Below, piece after piece: positions 25,593 through 35,171 of a stretch of 64,000 nucleotides of DNA (positions are counted from its first letter, which is position 1; each line of letters opens with the position of its first letter). Source of the stretch: Solirubrobacterales bacterium (GTDB lineage: Bacteria > Actinomycetota > Thermoleophilia > Solirubrobacterales > 70-9); NCBI GenBank assembly GCA_050697155.1, contig JBOGZD010000001.1, positions 3,670 through 67,669 on the forward strand, given 5' to 3'. The notes beneath the pieces were generated by a model. The model worked only from the letters and a program-made list of their open reading frames with translations, ran no database searches and was not told the origin of the DNA. Both the position numbers and the translations under genes were made by a program.

Positions 25593-26824
25593 CAATCCTC
25601 CTCGCTCGTCCCTCCTACCCTGCTGGCGCGCTCGCGAACGCGATGCGCCATCCGGGTCTGGAGGGTGAACAGCTCGATGAAACCCGGGCTCGCCGCCTGG
25701 CTGAACTCGCCACCGGACTCACCGAAGCCGGCCAGCGCGCGGTCGTAGAGGGCGTACGGCGACGACCGGGCGACCACCGAGGCACTGCCCTTGTAGAGCT
25801 TCACGGTCACCCTCCCGGTGACTACCTCGTTCGCCGACTCCATGTAGGCGTCGAGGTCAGCGCGCAGCGGGTCGAGCCAGAGCCCGGCGTAGCAGAGGTA
25901 GGCCCACCTGCGCTCGAGTACGTGCTTGAGCTCGTTCTGGTGAATCGTCGACACCAGCTTCTCCAGCTCCAGGTGAGCGGGGAGCAGGATCCCCGCTGCC
26001 GGGACCTCGTAGAGGTCGCGAACCTTGAGGCCAACGATCCGGTCCTCGACGTGATCGACGATCCCGACGCCGTGGCGCCGCCCGGCATCCGCCGCCCGCT
26101 GGATCAGCTCGACCAACCCGAGGGCCTCGCCGTCGAGGCTCACCGGACGCCCGCGCTCGAACCCGACCTCGATCAGCTCGGGCTCATCGGGAGCGTCCTC
26201 CGGTCGGGCGACGAGCTGGAAGACGTCGTCCCGGGGCGCTTCGGAGAGGTCCTCGATCGCGCCCCCCTCCGACGAGCGCCCCCAGAGGTTGTCGTCGATC
26301 GAGTACGGAGCCGCCTCCGTGCCGCCCTTGACCGGGATCCCGTGCTCGCGCGCGTAGGCGATCTCCTCCTCTCGTCCCATTCTCCACTCGCGCACCGGGG
26401 CCAGCACCCGCAGCTCGGGGTCGAGCGTCGCGATCGTCCCGTCGAGGCGCACCTGGTCGTTGCCCTTGCCGGTACAGCCGTGCGCGATCGTGTCGCAGCC
26501 CGAGCGCCGGGCCTGCTCGACCGCGAGCTTTGCGATCAGCGGCCGACCGAGGGCGGTGAACAGCGGGTAGCCCCCGCCGTAGAGGGCGTTGGCCTTGATC
26601 GCCCGCAGCACGTACTCCTCGGCGAACCCCTCGCGCGCGTCGACCGTGCGCGCATCGGCGGCACCGAGCTCGCGCGCCTTGCCGACCACCACGTCCCAGT
26701 CCTCGCCCGGCTGTCCGAGATCGACCGTCAGGGTGACGACCTCGGCCCCGTAGCGCTCCTGGATCCAGCGCAGCATCACCGAGGTGTCGAGCCCGCCCGA
26801 ATAGAGCAGCAGCACGCGCTCCAC
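25592..26824 (-). CDS. argG: Argininosuccinate synthase
   Basis: MERVLLLYSGGLDTSV ATP-pyrophosphatase motif, plus AHGCTGKGNDQVR. Confidence 0.95.
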   Translation of the reverse strand: MERVLLLYSGGLDTSVMLRWIQERYGAEVVTLTVDLGQPGEDWDVVVGKARELGAADARTVDAREGFAEEYVLRAIKANALYGGGYPLFTALGRPLIAKLAVEQARRSGCDTIAHGCTGKGNDQVRLDGTIATLDPELRVLAPVREWRMGREEEIAYAREHGIPVKGGTEAAPYSIDDNLWGRSSEGGAIEDLSEAPRDDVFQLVARPEDAPDEPELIEVGFERGRPVSLDGEALGLVELIQRAADAGRRHGVGIVDHVEDRIVGLKVRDLYEVPAAGILLPAHLELEKLVSTIHQNELKHVLERRWAYLCYAGLWLDPLRADLDAYMESANEVVTGRVTVKLYKGSASVVARSSPYALYDRALAGFGESGGEFSQAASPGFIELFTLQTRMAHRVRERASRVGGTSEED

Positions 26825-26893
26825 CTGGGTGGGATCCGCCTCGTAGGAGGCGGTGCGCGGGTGGCCCGCTGTCTCCTCGCCCGTCAGAGCGGC

Positions 26894-28267
26894 TTACGCC
26901 GCGACGGGCTCGCCGGCCATGTATGCCGGAGCCGCCGCGTCGAACATCTCGAGGATCGTCGGCGCTACCGAAACGAGCGGAACCTTCTCGGCGCGGAGGC
27001 TGTGACGGCGGCCCGGAGCCCGGATCCACATCATCCCGTCGGGATGGTGCTCGCCGCTCTTCATCAGGTCGATTTTGTAGAAGAGGTCGAAGAATGGCAC
27101 CGAGCGGCCGTTCCCATCCACGGTCAGCATCGCCTCCGGCTCGACCTTCTCCCAAATCCGACAACCCGACTTGATCTTGTTCTGCGTGCGCTCGGCGCCC
27201 ATCGCGGGCTTGCCGTTCACCCGCACCCCGCGAAGCCGCGCCTCGGCGGACTGCGCGGTCCCCTCGCTCTCGAACTCGAGGTGGAAGTCCTCGGCCATCA
27301 ACGGCGTCACCTCGACCGGGCCCTCGATCCCGATCGTGCGCACGAACTGGTCGAAGTCGAGCGGGCGGTAAAGCGTCTTGCCGCCGATCTGCTCGAACGA
27401 GAGGCTCGGCTGCTGGCTGAGCGCGGTCAGCAGGACGAGCGTCGTGTCGCTGCCGGCGAGGCCGAGCAGCTGGCCGACGATCCTGTCCATCTGCTGGTAG
27501 CCGAACAGGATCGCGTCCTCGTAGACCTCTTGCTCCCCGGGCTCGGGCTTGATCTTGAAGTGCTCGGGCTCCATGTTGCGCCAGTAGAGGTGCTGGTAAT
27601 GGGCGGTGCTGTTGAGGAAGAAGGTCGAGAAATCCGGGCGCTCGCGCCGCCAGTACCAACGGAAGAGGTCGAACTGGAGGCGGTCGAGCAGCACAGCGCG
27701 TCGCCAGCGCGTGCCGGAGAAGCGCTCGGTGGCGACCTGGCGCGCGATCGCGGCGACGGTTGCCGGGCGCAGGCCGTGACCCGCCATGAAGCGCAGGAAC
27801 TCGATCTGCTCGGAGCGCGACAGCGGCGTCTTTGAGCGGGTGTGCTCCTGAACGTTTGCGGAGACGAAGCGGTAGTAGATGTCGAGCGCGCCCTCCGGGT
27901 AGGGGTCGACGTTGGTCGACCACGGGTCGGGAAGCACCCAGCCGTTCAGCGGCGTCTCGTAATTGATGTTCATCGAGCCGCAGACCCAGACGGTCTTGCC
28001 GGCGTCCGAGAGCAGGTCCCAAAGGCTCTTTTGCTCGAGCCTATGGCCGTCGTCGAGATGCTCTATGCCGTGTTCGCGGAACGGGATCCCGGAGTGCACT
28101 GCGACCCACTGGACCCAGGGCTCGAGATGCTCGAAGTCGTCGGCCTCGGTGATCGCGACCTCGGATTCGTCATGGAAGCGCTGGAAATTGGGCAGCTTGC
28201 CCGCGGCGATGAACTTCGCCATCAGGTGTGGCGAGAGCTCGTTGAACTCGACCAGGATCAGCGACAT
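26894..28267 (-). CDS. Alkaline-phosphatase-superfamily (type I phosphodiesterase/nucleotide pyrophosphatase-like) protein, divergent
   Basis: The N-terminus MSLILVEFNELSPHLMAKFIAAGKLPNFQRF parallels the family block VLVIGLDGATxxLIxxxxxxGKLPNL. C-terminal GEHHPDGMMWI. ATG at 28267 is preferred over TTG at 28276. GC looks lower than the flanks by eye. Confidence 0.45.
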   Translation of the reverse strand: MSLILVEFNELSPHLMAKFIAAGKLPNFQRFHDESEVAITEADDFEHLEPWVQWVAVHSGIPFREHGIEHLDDGHRLEQKSLWDLLSDAGKTVWVCGSMNINYETPLNGWVLPDPWSTNVDPYPEGALDIYYRFVSANVQEHTRSKTPLSRSEQIEFLRFMAGHGLRPATVAAIARQVATERFSGTRWRRAVLLDRLQFDLFRWYWRRERPDFSTFFLNSTAHYQHLYWRNMEPEHFKIKPEPGEQEVYEDAILFGYQQMDRIVGQLLGLAGSDTTLVLLTALSQQPSLSFEQIGGKTLYRPLDFDQFVRTIGIEGPVEVTPLMAEDFHLEFESEGTAQSAEARLRGVRVNGKPAMGAERTQNKIKSGCRIWEKVEPEAMLTVDGNGRSVPFFDLFYKIDLMKSGEHHPDGMMWIRAPGRRHSLRAEKVPLVSVAPTILEMFDAAAPAYMAGEPVAA

Positions 28268-28295
28268 TTGCGGCAAGAGTGTAGCCGCCGCCGGT

Positions 28296-29465
28296 TCAGG
28301 CGGAAAGCAGCGACTCGACCCGCTCCACCTCCGCGTCGAGAGTGTGGATGCGGGCGTAGGCGACGCCGGCTTCGATCATCCGCCGCCGCAGCGCCGCGTC
28401 GGCGGCCACCCGACGCGCCGCGTCGACCGCGGCCGCAACATCGCCGGACGGCACCAGGATCGCGGCATCGCCGACCGCCTCGCGAATCCCGCCGACGTCG
28501 GTGGCCACCACCGGAAGCCCTGCCGCCAACGCCTCGATGATCACCTGGGGCAGGCCTTCGGTGCGCGATACGTGCAGCAGCAGGTGGCTCGTCAGGTAGA
28601 GATCGCGAATCGCCTCGTGATCGACGTAGCCGCGGAGCTCGGCGCGGTCCGCGACCCCGAGCTCCGCAAGCCGGCTTCGCAGCTCGTCCTCGAGGAGGCC
28701 CTCCCCGCAGACGGTCAATCGCCACCGAGGATCGTCGGAGCACAGGCGGGCGAGGGCCTCGGCCAGCATCAGCGGGTTCTTCTCCTCGTCGATCCGGCCG
28801 ACGCTGAGAATTCGGAGCTCGCCGTCGTAGGGCCGCGTCAGCGCCTGCCCGGGGTCGACCACCTGCTCTGAGTCGACCAGCGAGACGGCGATCTCCAACA
28901 GTCTCGGCGAGCGCCGGTACCGGCGCCGCAGTGCCGGGCCGACGACGACGGTCGGAAACCGCCGCGCGAGCAGTCGGTAGCAGCCCTCCAGGAGCCTCGC
29001 CACGAGGGCGAGGCCCGGGCGGCCGGGATGCCTGCTGCGGGCGTACTCGGGCAGGTCCTGGCGCACGCCGAGGATCACACGCCGGCGGCGCAGGACGGCG
29101 ATCGCCGCGAAGACGAGTGAGAAGGGGTGCGGCCCGAGCAGCCAGCAGGCATCAACGTCTTCGAGGGAGCGCCAGAAGCGACCGATCGAGCGCCCCATCC
29201 CGCGACCGGCCCGTAGCGGCGAGGCCAGGCTCTCGTAGTAGGGCAGCCCGACGAACTCGATCCGCTCGGACAGCCGGTAATGGGCGAGCTCCCCGCCCTC
29301 GCGCAGCCGGCCGACGACGATCATCCGGTCGATTCGCTCCGCGAGCCGGCCGAGGAACAGGGTGAATGCGCGGCGCGCATAGATCCCGCCGCCGTAATCG
29401 GAGTACTCGTCGTCGGTGTAGACCGCGAGTCGCAGGCTGGACACCCTAGAGCCACGCCTCCGCAA
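28296..29465 (-). CDS. GT4-family glycosyltransferase
   Basis: C-terminal GT1/GT4 signature SRTEGLPQVIIEALAAGLPVVATDVGGIREAV. Confidence 0.8.
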   Translation of the reverse strand: MRRRGSRVSSLRLAVYTDDEYSDYGGGIYARRAFTLFLGRLAERIDRMIVVGRLREGGELAHYRLSERIEFVGLPYYESLASPLRAGRGMGRSIGRFWRSLEDVDACWLLGPHPFSLVFAAIAVLRRRRVILGVRQDLPEYARSRHPGRPGLALVARLLEGCYRLLARRFPTVVVGPALRRRYRRSPRLLEIAVSLVDSEQVVDPGQALTRPYDGELRILSVGRIDEEKNPLMLAEALARLCSDDPRWRLTVCGEGLLEDELRSRLAELGVADRAELRGYVDHEAIRDLYLTSHLLLHVSRTEGLPQVIIEALAAGLPVVATDVGGIREAVGDAAILVPSGDVAAAVDAARRVAADAALRRRMIEAGVAYARIHTLDAEVERVESLLSA

Positions 29466-29468
29466 TCA

Positions 29469-30173
29469 TTGGCCGCCGTGCACCGGCTGCTGCGGATCTT
29501 CTCCATCGCGCTGATCACCGCCGGCCTCGTCGTCCTCGCCGACGTCGGGATGACGCTCGCCTGGAAGGAGCCGGTGTCGACGATCTACGGCTCGATCAAG
29601 CAGGGCGAGGCCGAGGACGAGCTCGCCGAGCTCGAGGGCCGCTTCCCGTCCGCGGCCGACCTGCGGGCGGTCGAGCGCGCGCGAGGTGTCGAGCAACGGG
29701 TCGCGTTGCTCGCCGACCTGTTCGAGCGACGGGTCGAGCGCGGCGACGGGATCGGCCGAATCGAGATTCCGCGGATCGACCTCGACGTGGTCTTCGTCGA
29801 GGGCACCGACACGACGAGCCTGCAGAAGGGCCCCGGGCGCTACCCGGATACGGCCTTCCCCGGGCAGGGCCGGACGATCGGCATCGCCGGACACCGGACC
29901 ACCTACCTGGCCCCCTTCCGCAAGATCGACGAGGTCGAGGACGGCGACGAGATCGTGCTCGACATGCCGTATGCGACCCTCACCTACCGGGTGGAAAAGC
30001 ACGAGATCGTCGAGCCCACGCAGGTCGAGATCGTCCGCGACGTCGGATACGAGCGGCTCGTGCTCACCGCCTGCCACCCGCTCTACAGCGCCGCTCAGCG
30101 CTGGGCGGTGTTCGCGCAGCTCCAGGAGGTGAGCCTGTTCGCCGCCGCGGATCTGATCTGGCACGATCCCTGA
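29469..30173 (+). CDS. Sortase (transpeptidase), class E-like
   Basis: N-terminal TM (LLRIFSIALITAGLVVLADV), then GRIEIPRIDLDVVFVEG, IAGHRTTY and the catalytic TLxTC-type LVLTACHP. TTG at 29469 or GTG at 29478. The track start at 29280 would overlap the divergent GT4. Confidence 0.8.
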   Translation: MAAVHRLLRIFSIALITAGLVVLADVGMTLAWKEPVSTIYGSIKQGEAEDELAELEGRFPSAADLRAVERARGVEQRVALLADLFERRVERGDGIGRIEIPRIDLDVVFVEGTDTTSLQKGPGRYPDTAFPGQGRTIGIAGHRTTYLAPFRKIDEVEDGDEIVLDMPYATLTYRVEKHEIVEPTQVEIVRDVGYERLVLTACHPLYSAAQRWAVFAQLQEVSLFAAADLIWHDP

Positions 30174-30207
30174 ATCCGGTCGAGGCGAGCGGCGGGCGGC
30201 GGGCGGT

Positions 30208-30780
30208 CTACTCGCCCGCGTCGAGAACGTGCTCGACCACGGCGCGCGCGTTTCGAATCGCGAAGTCCTCGCGTAGCCTTTCCTCGATCTCGAGGCGCGT
30301 CGCCCCCACCGCCGCCAGCTGGGTGACGAGCAGCCGGACGCCGGCCGACGGGGGCTCGAGTCGATCGCCCGAGAGGCGCCGGGCGGTCGCGCTCTCGTCC
30401 ACCGCCGGCTCAGGGCCACGCCGGCGCGGCGGAGCCGCCTCCGCGGGCGGCGTTCCTTCGACGCCGAGCTCGCGCCGCGCGCCGCTGATCCGCCGGCTGA
30501 GCTCGGTTGCCTCGGCGTGCAGCTGGCGGGTGGTGTCGGCAAGCGTGTCGATCAATCGGACCGCGCTCGTGTCGTCGGCGACCCCCGCCCTCGGCGCTCC
30601 CAGCGCCGTCAGGAGCTCGTGCGCCGCGATCACGATCTCACCGCTTCGCTCCGCCGCGACCCCGAGCGCATCGGCGAGATCCGTGCTTCGCGCCACCGGC
30701 GAGGCGACGGCGTGACCACCCACGGCGTTAGATTCCGAAGCCGGCGTGCGAGAACGGGAGCGACGACGAATGCCCGTCAT
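30208..30780 (-). CDS. Hypothetical protein
   Basis: ORF in coding-like frame. Start chosen at ATG 30780. No recognisable domain. Confidence 0.35.
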   Translation of the reverse strand: MTGIRRRSRSRTPASESNAVGGHAVASPVARSTDLADALGVAAERSGEIVIAAHELLTALGAPRAGVADDTSAVRLIDTLADTTRQLHAEATELSRRISGARRELGVEGTPPAEAAPPRRRGPEPAVDESATARRLSGDRLEPPSAGVRLLVTQLAAVGATRLEIEERLREDFAIRNARAVVEHVLDAGE

Positions 30781-30929
30781 TCGACGGGCCACGCTAGCGA
30801 AGAAGCTCGCCACCCGCCCGACGTCCGCGGCCCTCTCCTCTCCTGCGGTCGGGTAGCGGGCTGCGGGCCGCGCCTCGATCCGGCCACTCGAGTACGCGCC
30901 GGTAATAATGACGCCCCCCGAGGGATCAC

Positions 30930-32486
30930 GTGGCAAAAACCGGCGACCCGACGAGCGACTGGATTCATCCCCCTGCCGACCAGCAGGGCCTGAAGCGATA
31001 CGTCGAGACGATCCGCGAGCGGCTCTGGCTCGTGATCGCCGCGGTGATCGTGACCACCGCGGTTGCGGTGGCGTACGTCGTGAGCACCAACAAGGTCTAC
31101 GAGGGGGAGGCCGACGTGCTCATCTCCCCGATCCCCGCCGAGGCGGGGGTCGTTGCGAGCCTCGGGCTGATCTCGGAGTCGAACGACCCGCTCCGGGCGG
31201 TCGAGACCGCTGCGACGCTGATCGAGAGCAACGCCGCCGCGGAGGGCGCCGCGGAGAGGCTCGGCCTCGAAGCCGCGCCGCGGAGAATCCTCCGAGACAT
31301 CAGCGTTGAGCCGGTAGCGGAGAGCAACATCGTCACGGTGACGGCCCGCGGCTCGACACCGCAGGCCACGGCCGACCTGGCGAACGCGTTCGCCAGGGCC
31401 GCGATCGAGAGCCGCACCGAGGTCCTCCACGATCGGATCGACGAGGAGCTGCCCAGGCTCGAGGCGCGGATCTCGGGCCTACCCCCCGGTCTCACCCGGG
31501 ACAGCCTCACCGGCCAGCTGGCCCAGCTTGAGACGCTTCGCGCCGGTACCGACCCCACTGCGCAGATCGCCGAGCTGGCGACGCCCCCCAGCTCGGCGGT
31601 GTCGCCCCAGCCGGTGGCCACGGTCATCGCCGGCCTCTTCGCCGGCCTCGTGCTCGGGGTTGGCGGCGCGTTCGCGCTCACCGTCCTCGACCCCCGGCTC
31701 CGCCGCGAGGATCAGCTTCGAGATCGCTATCGCCTCCCGGTCCTCGCCCGGATCCCGCGCGAGCGAGCCCGCGGTGACGAGCCGCTCGGGTGGGACCGTC
31801 TGTCGGCGGCCTCGATCGAGGCCTATCGGACGCTGCGGGCGATCCTCGCCCGACCGCTTGCGCGCGCCGGCGCCGGCTCGATCCTCGTCACCAGCCCGGG
31901 GCCGTCGGAGGGCAAGACGACCGCGGCGATCAACCTCGCGACGTCGCTCGCGCTCGCGGGAAAGCGGGTGATCCTGATCGAGGCCGACCTGCGCCGCCCC
32001 TCGATCGGCCGGACGCTGGGGGTCCGGGTCGAGCGCGGCCTGATCAGCGTCCTGATCGAGGAGGCGACGCTCCAGGACTGCCTGGTGACGCCCGATTCGG
32101 CGAACGAGAACCTCCAGCTCCTGGGCGCGGAGCAGGCCGGAATCTGGGGCGGGGAGCTGCTCTCCCTGCCGGCGGCGCAGTCACTCGTCGACGAGGCCAA
32201 ACTGCTCGCGGACTACGTGGTCATCGACTCGCCACCGCTCGCGACCGTGATCGACGCCCTGCCGCTCGCGCGCACGGTGGACGACGTCCTGCTCGTGGTC
32301 AGGCTCGGCATAAGCCGGCTGAACCGGATCCATGAGCTCGCCGAGCTGCTCACCGACACGGGTATCCGACCCACCGGGTTCGCCGTGATCGGCGTCCAGC
32401 GAACCCGCGAGGCCTACTACGGTGACTACCGCCGCCGGCCCAGCCCGGAGCGCTCGGCGCAGCCGCTGGCGACGCGTTCCGACTGA
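30930..32486 (+). CDS. Wzz-type chain-length determinant fused to BY-kinase (Wzc/EpsB-like)
   Basis: Wzz-like N-terminus with two TMs. Walker A SPGPSEGKTTAAINLA, A' ILIEADLRRP, B VVIDSPP, and a C-terminal tyrosine cluster EAYYGDY. Confidence 0.85.
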   Translation: MAKTGDPTSDWIHPPADQQGLKRYVETIRERLWLVIAAVIVTTAVAVAYVVSTNKVYEGEADVLISPIPAEAGVVASLGLISESNDPLRAVETAATLIESNAAAEGAAERLGLEAAPRRILRDISVEPVAESNIVTVTARGSTPQATADLANAFARAAIESRTEVLHDRIDEELPRLEARISGLPPGLTRDSLTGQLAQLETLRAGTDPTAQIAELATPPSSAVSPQPVATVIAGLFAGLVLGVGGAFALTVLDPRLRREDQLRDRYRLPVLARIPRERARGDEPLGWDRLSAASIEAYRTLRAILARPLARAGAGSILVTSPGPSEGKTTAAINLATSLALAGKRVILIEADLRRPSIGRTLGVRVERGLISVLIEEATLQDCLVTPDSANENLQLLGAEQAGIWGGELLSLPAAQSLVDEAKLLADYVVIDSPPLATVIDALPLARTVDDVLLVVRLGISRLNRIHELAELLTDTGIRPTGFAVIGVQRTREAYYGDYRRRPSPERSAQPLATRSD

Positions 32487-32499
32487 GAGGACATCGGTC

Positions 32500-33894
32500 G
32501 TGCCGGTTCCGCTGCGGACGAGCGAGTGGGTGGCGGCGTCCGCCCTCGGTGCCCTCTGCACCGCGCTTGGCGTTGTCGCCGGCGTCGAACCGAGTTACGC
32601 CGTCTTCGGCGCATTGGGCCTGGCATTCGTCCTGCTGACCTTCGTCGACCTCGCGGCGGGCCTGGTGATCCTGATCTTCGTCGCCTTCACCGAGAGCACC
32701 CCGCTGGGCGCCGGGGCCCTCAGCCTGACGAAGCTCACCGGCCTGCTGCTCGTGCTCGCGTGGATCGCGCGGCTGGCCACGCAGCGAGCCGGTCGCGAGC
32801 GCCTGATCTTCGACGCCTACCCCGCCCTCTCCTATGTCCTGCTGATCTTCGTCGCGTGGGCCGTGGGGAGCACGGTCTGGGCCGAGAACGGCGACGCCGC
32901 GCTGTCGCACTCCTCGCGTCTCCTACTGGTTGCGATCCTCTACATCGTCGTGTACACGGTGGTCCGTGGCCGGCGGGAAGCGGGCTTCGTGATCGGCGGA
33001 CTCGCCGCAGGGGCGACGTTCACGGCGGCGTACGGGCTCGTCCTGCGGCCGGGGGTCAGCGCGACGGAGTCCGGTCGCCTCGTCTCGACCGTGCAGGATC
33101 CCAACTTCCTCGCTGCCCTTCTCGTCGCCGGTGTCGCCCTGACGGTGGCGGGATTCTTCGCGGCGCGAGGATCGGCGCCACTTCGACTCGCCGCGGCCAG
33201 CGGCGCGACGCTCTGTCTGACGGCGTTCTTCCTCACGGGCTCACGCGGTGGCATCGTCGCGTTCGCCGTGGCCTTGCTGGCCACCGTTGCCTTCGGTGGC
33301 CGCGCGCGGGGCCGAGCCCTGATCGCGACAGCGTTGATCGCGCTGGTCGCGGTCATGTACTACGCGGTCTACGCGCCCCCGGAGATCCGGGACCGGATCG
33401 TCAGCGCCACTCAGGGGGAGGCCCAGCGGGAGGAGGGGCGCCTGACGATTTGGACCGTGGGTTGGCGCATGTTCGAGGACAATGCGGTCGCCGGCGTCGG
33501 CGCCGGCAATTTCGGGGACCGATCGATCGAGTACGTGCTCGAGCCGGGGACCGTCTTCCGCACCGATCGCGTCATCGACAACCCGGACGTCGCCCACAAC
33601 ACTTATCTCGGGATCGGCGCCGAGCTGGGACTTGTCGGAGCGGCGCTCTACCTGACCATCGTCGGGGTGTCGACGGCTTGTGCGCTGCAAGCCGCACACC
33701 GCTTCGCGGCGCACGGCGACTGGCGAATGGAGATATTGACCCGGGGAGCGCTGGTCGCCCAGGCCGGACTCCTGACCGCCAATTTCTTCGTCAACGGCGA
33801 GGTGAACAAGGTCACTTGGCTGGTGCTCGCCCTCGGCCCGGCGCTGCTCAGCCTGGCGCGCGCGGGCGAGCCTGCCCGAGCCGATCCTCGTTGA
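32500..33894 (+). CDS. Wzy/O-antigen-ligase-family polymerase
   Basis: About 10-12 TM segments and a Wzy_C-type loop (LTGSRGGIVAFAVALLATV ... NFGDRS ... AHNTYLGIGAELG). GTG at 32500 lies 8 nt after GAGAGGA at 32485-32491. Confidence 0.75.
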   Translation: MPVPLRTSEWVAASALGALCTALGVVAGVEPSYAVFGALGLAFVLLTFVDLAAGLVILIFVAFTESTPLGAGALSLTKLTGLLLVLAWIARLATQRAGRERLIFDAYPALSYVLLIFVAWAVGSTVWAENGDAALSHSSRLLLVAILYIVVYTVVRGRREAGFVIGGLAAGATFTAAYGLVLRPGVSATESGRLVSTVQDPNFLAALLVAGVALTVAGFFAARGSAPLRLAAASGATLCLTAFFLTGSRGGIVAFAVALLATVAFGGRARGRALIATALIALVAVMYYAVYAPPEIRDRIVSATQGEAQREEGRLTIWTVGWRMFEDNAVAGVGAGNFGDRSIEYVLEPGTVFRTDRVIDNPDVAHNTYLGIGAELGLVGAALYLTIVGVSTACALQAAHRFAAHGDWRMEILTRGALVAQAGLLTANFFVNGEVNKVTWLVLALGPALLSLARAGEPARADPR

Positions 33895-33927
33895 GTCGCC
33901 CCGGACCCGCGTAAGCTGGCGCCGATC

Positions 33928-35100
33928 GTGTCGCCCCACCTCGAGGAGAGCGCTCGAGCCCGGCTCGAGGTCGAGATCGTCTCCGATCCTGCGAAGCTCG
34001 AAGCCTTCGAGGCCGCCTGGCGCGAGCTGGCCGTCGCTCGCGCCAACGCCTTCGTGACCCCCGAGTGGTTCCTCGCCTGGCATCGCCATTACGGCCCGGA
34101 GCATGAGCCGCTGGTCTGCGCGGTGCGGGGCCCGGCGGGAGACTTGCGCGGGGTCCTGCCGCTGGTGCTCGCCCGTAATCGCCCCCGGACCGTTCGCTTC
34201 GCGGGCTCGGCCCTCGGCGACCACTTCCACCCGGCCGCCAGCGAGGACGAGGAGGAGCTGGTCGCATCCGCCGCGGCTCGCGCGCTGCGCGCCTGCGACC
34301 GCCGCTGGTCCGCGATCGTGCTCGAGAACGTCGGCGCGGACGCGGCCTGGTGGCGCGAGCTGTCCCAGCGCGACGGCCTCGCACCGGTCATCGACCGCAG
34401 CTCGGTCCTGCCATACGCGCGGCTGGCGGACCGCAGCTGGAACGAGTACATGGCGTCGCGCAGCCGCAACCTGCGGAGCCAGGTGGCTCGTAGACTCCGG
34501 GCGCTCGAGCGCCACCACCATGTCCGGGTGCGCTGGACCGGTGCCGTGGATCGGGTAACGGCGGACATGGAATCCCTGTTCAGGCTCCATGATGCGCGCT
34601 GGCAGGCGCGGACCGGCGAATCGTCGCTCACCAGCGAGCGCGCCCGGGCCTTCCATGCGGACTTCGCCTCTCTCGCACACCGACGGGGTTGGCTGCGGCT
34701 CTGCTTCCTCGACGTCGATGAGCGTCCGGTCGCCGCCTGGTACGGCTGGCGGATCGGAGAGCGGTTCGCCTACTACCAGGCCGGGTTCGATCCCGCCTGG
34801 GCCGACCGAAGCGTCGGCTTCGTGCTCTTCGCACAGACCATTCGCTCGGCTGCGGAGGAGAACGCCGCCGAGTACGACATGCTGCTCGGAGACGAGCCGT
34901 TCAAGGCGCGCTTCGCGGACTCAGAGCGGCGCGTGTGCACGGTGCTGATCGCGCCGCGCATGGCGCCCGCACGCCTCTTGGCCATCGGTGAGACTCGGCT
35001 CCGCCGGGCCGCATCGCGGCTCCCGCACGGCTTGCGCGAATCGGCGAAGCGATACGCACGTGCCCTTCTCGATCGGCTCCCAATGGCGCGCCGGCGTTGA
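33928..35100 (+). CDS. CelD/BcsL-like (FemAB-fold) GNAT family protein
   Basis: AFEAAWRELAVARANAFVTPEWFLAWHRHYG ... SWNEYMASRSRNLRSQVARRLR ... YYQAGFDPAWADRSVGFVL ... YDMLLGDEPFKARFA. Confidence 0.7.
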   Translation: MSPHLEESARARLEVEIVSDPAKLEAFEAAWRELAVARANAFVTPEWFLAWHRHYGPEHEPLVCAVRGPAGDLRGVLPLVLARNRPRTVRFAGSALGDHFHPAASEDEEELVASAAARALRACDRRWSAIVLENVGADAAWWRELSQRDGLAPVIDRSSVLPYARLADRSWNEYMASRSRNLRSQVARRLRALERHHHVRVRWTGAVDRVTADMESLFRLHDARWQARTGESSLTSERARAFHADFASLAHRRGWLRLCFLDVDERPVAAWYGWRIGERFAYYQAGFDPAWADRSVGFVLFAQTIRSAAEENAAEYDMLLGDEPFKARFADSERRVCTVLIAPRMAPARLLAIGETRLRRAASRLPHGLRESAKRYARALLDRLPMARRR

Positions 35101-35171
35101 TCGAACGCGGTCTGGATGGTCCCGGGACCGGCCGGCGTCGGTGCACGGGTGCTCGCCCCTAGACTGGCGCG

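Noticed and set aside
26825-26893. Left boundary of a mobile genomic island (right boundary at 59965..60004)
   Set aside because: No integrase, transposase, tRNA, att-like direct repeats or inverted repeats were found at either edge. Mobility therefore cannot be claimed.
25643-28022. 730-aa (+) and 612-aa (-) ORFs spanning argG and the neighbouring gene
   Set aside because: Both cross the boundary between two well-supported genes (argG; the AP-superfamily gene). Both have low-complexity Arg/Gly/Pro-rich translations.
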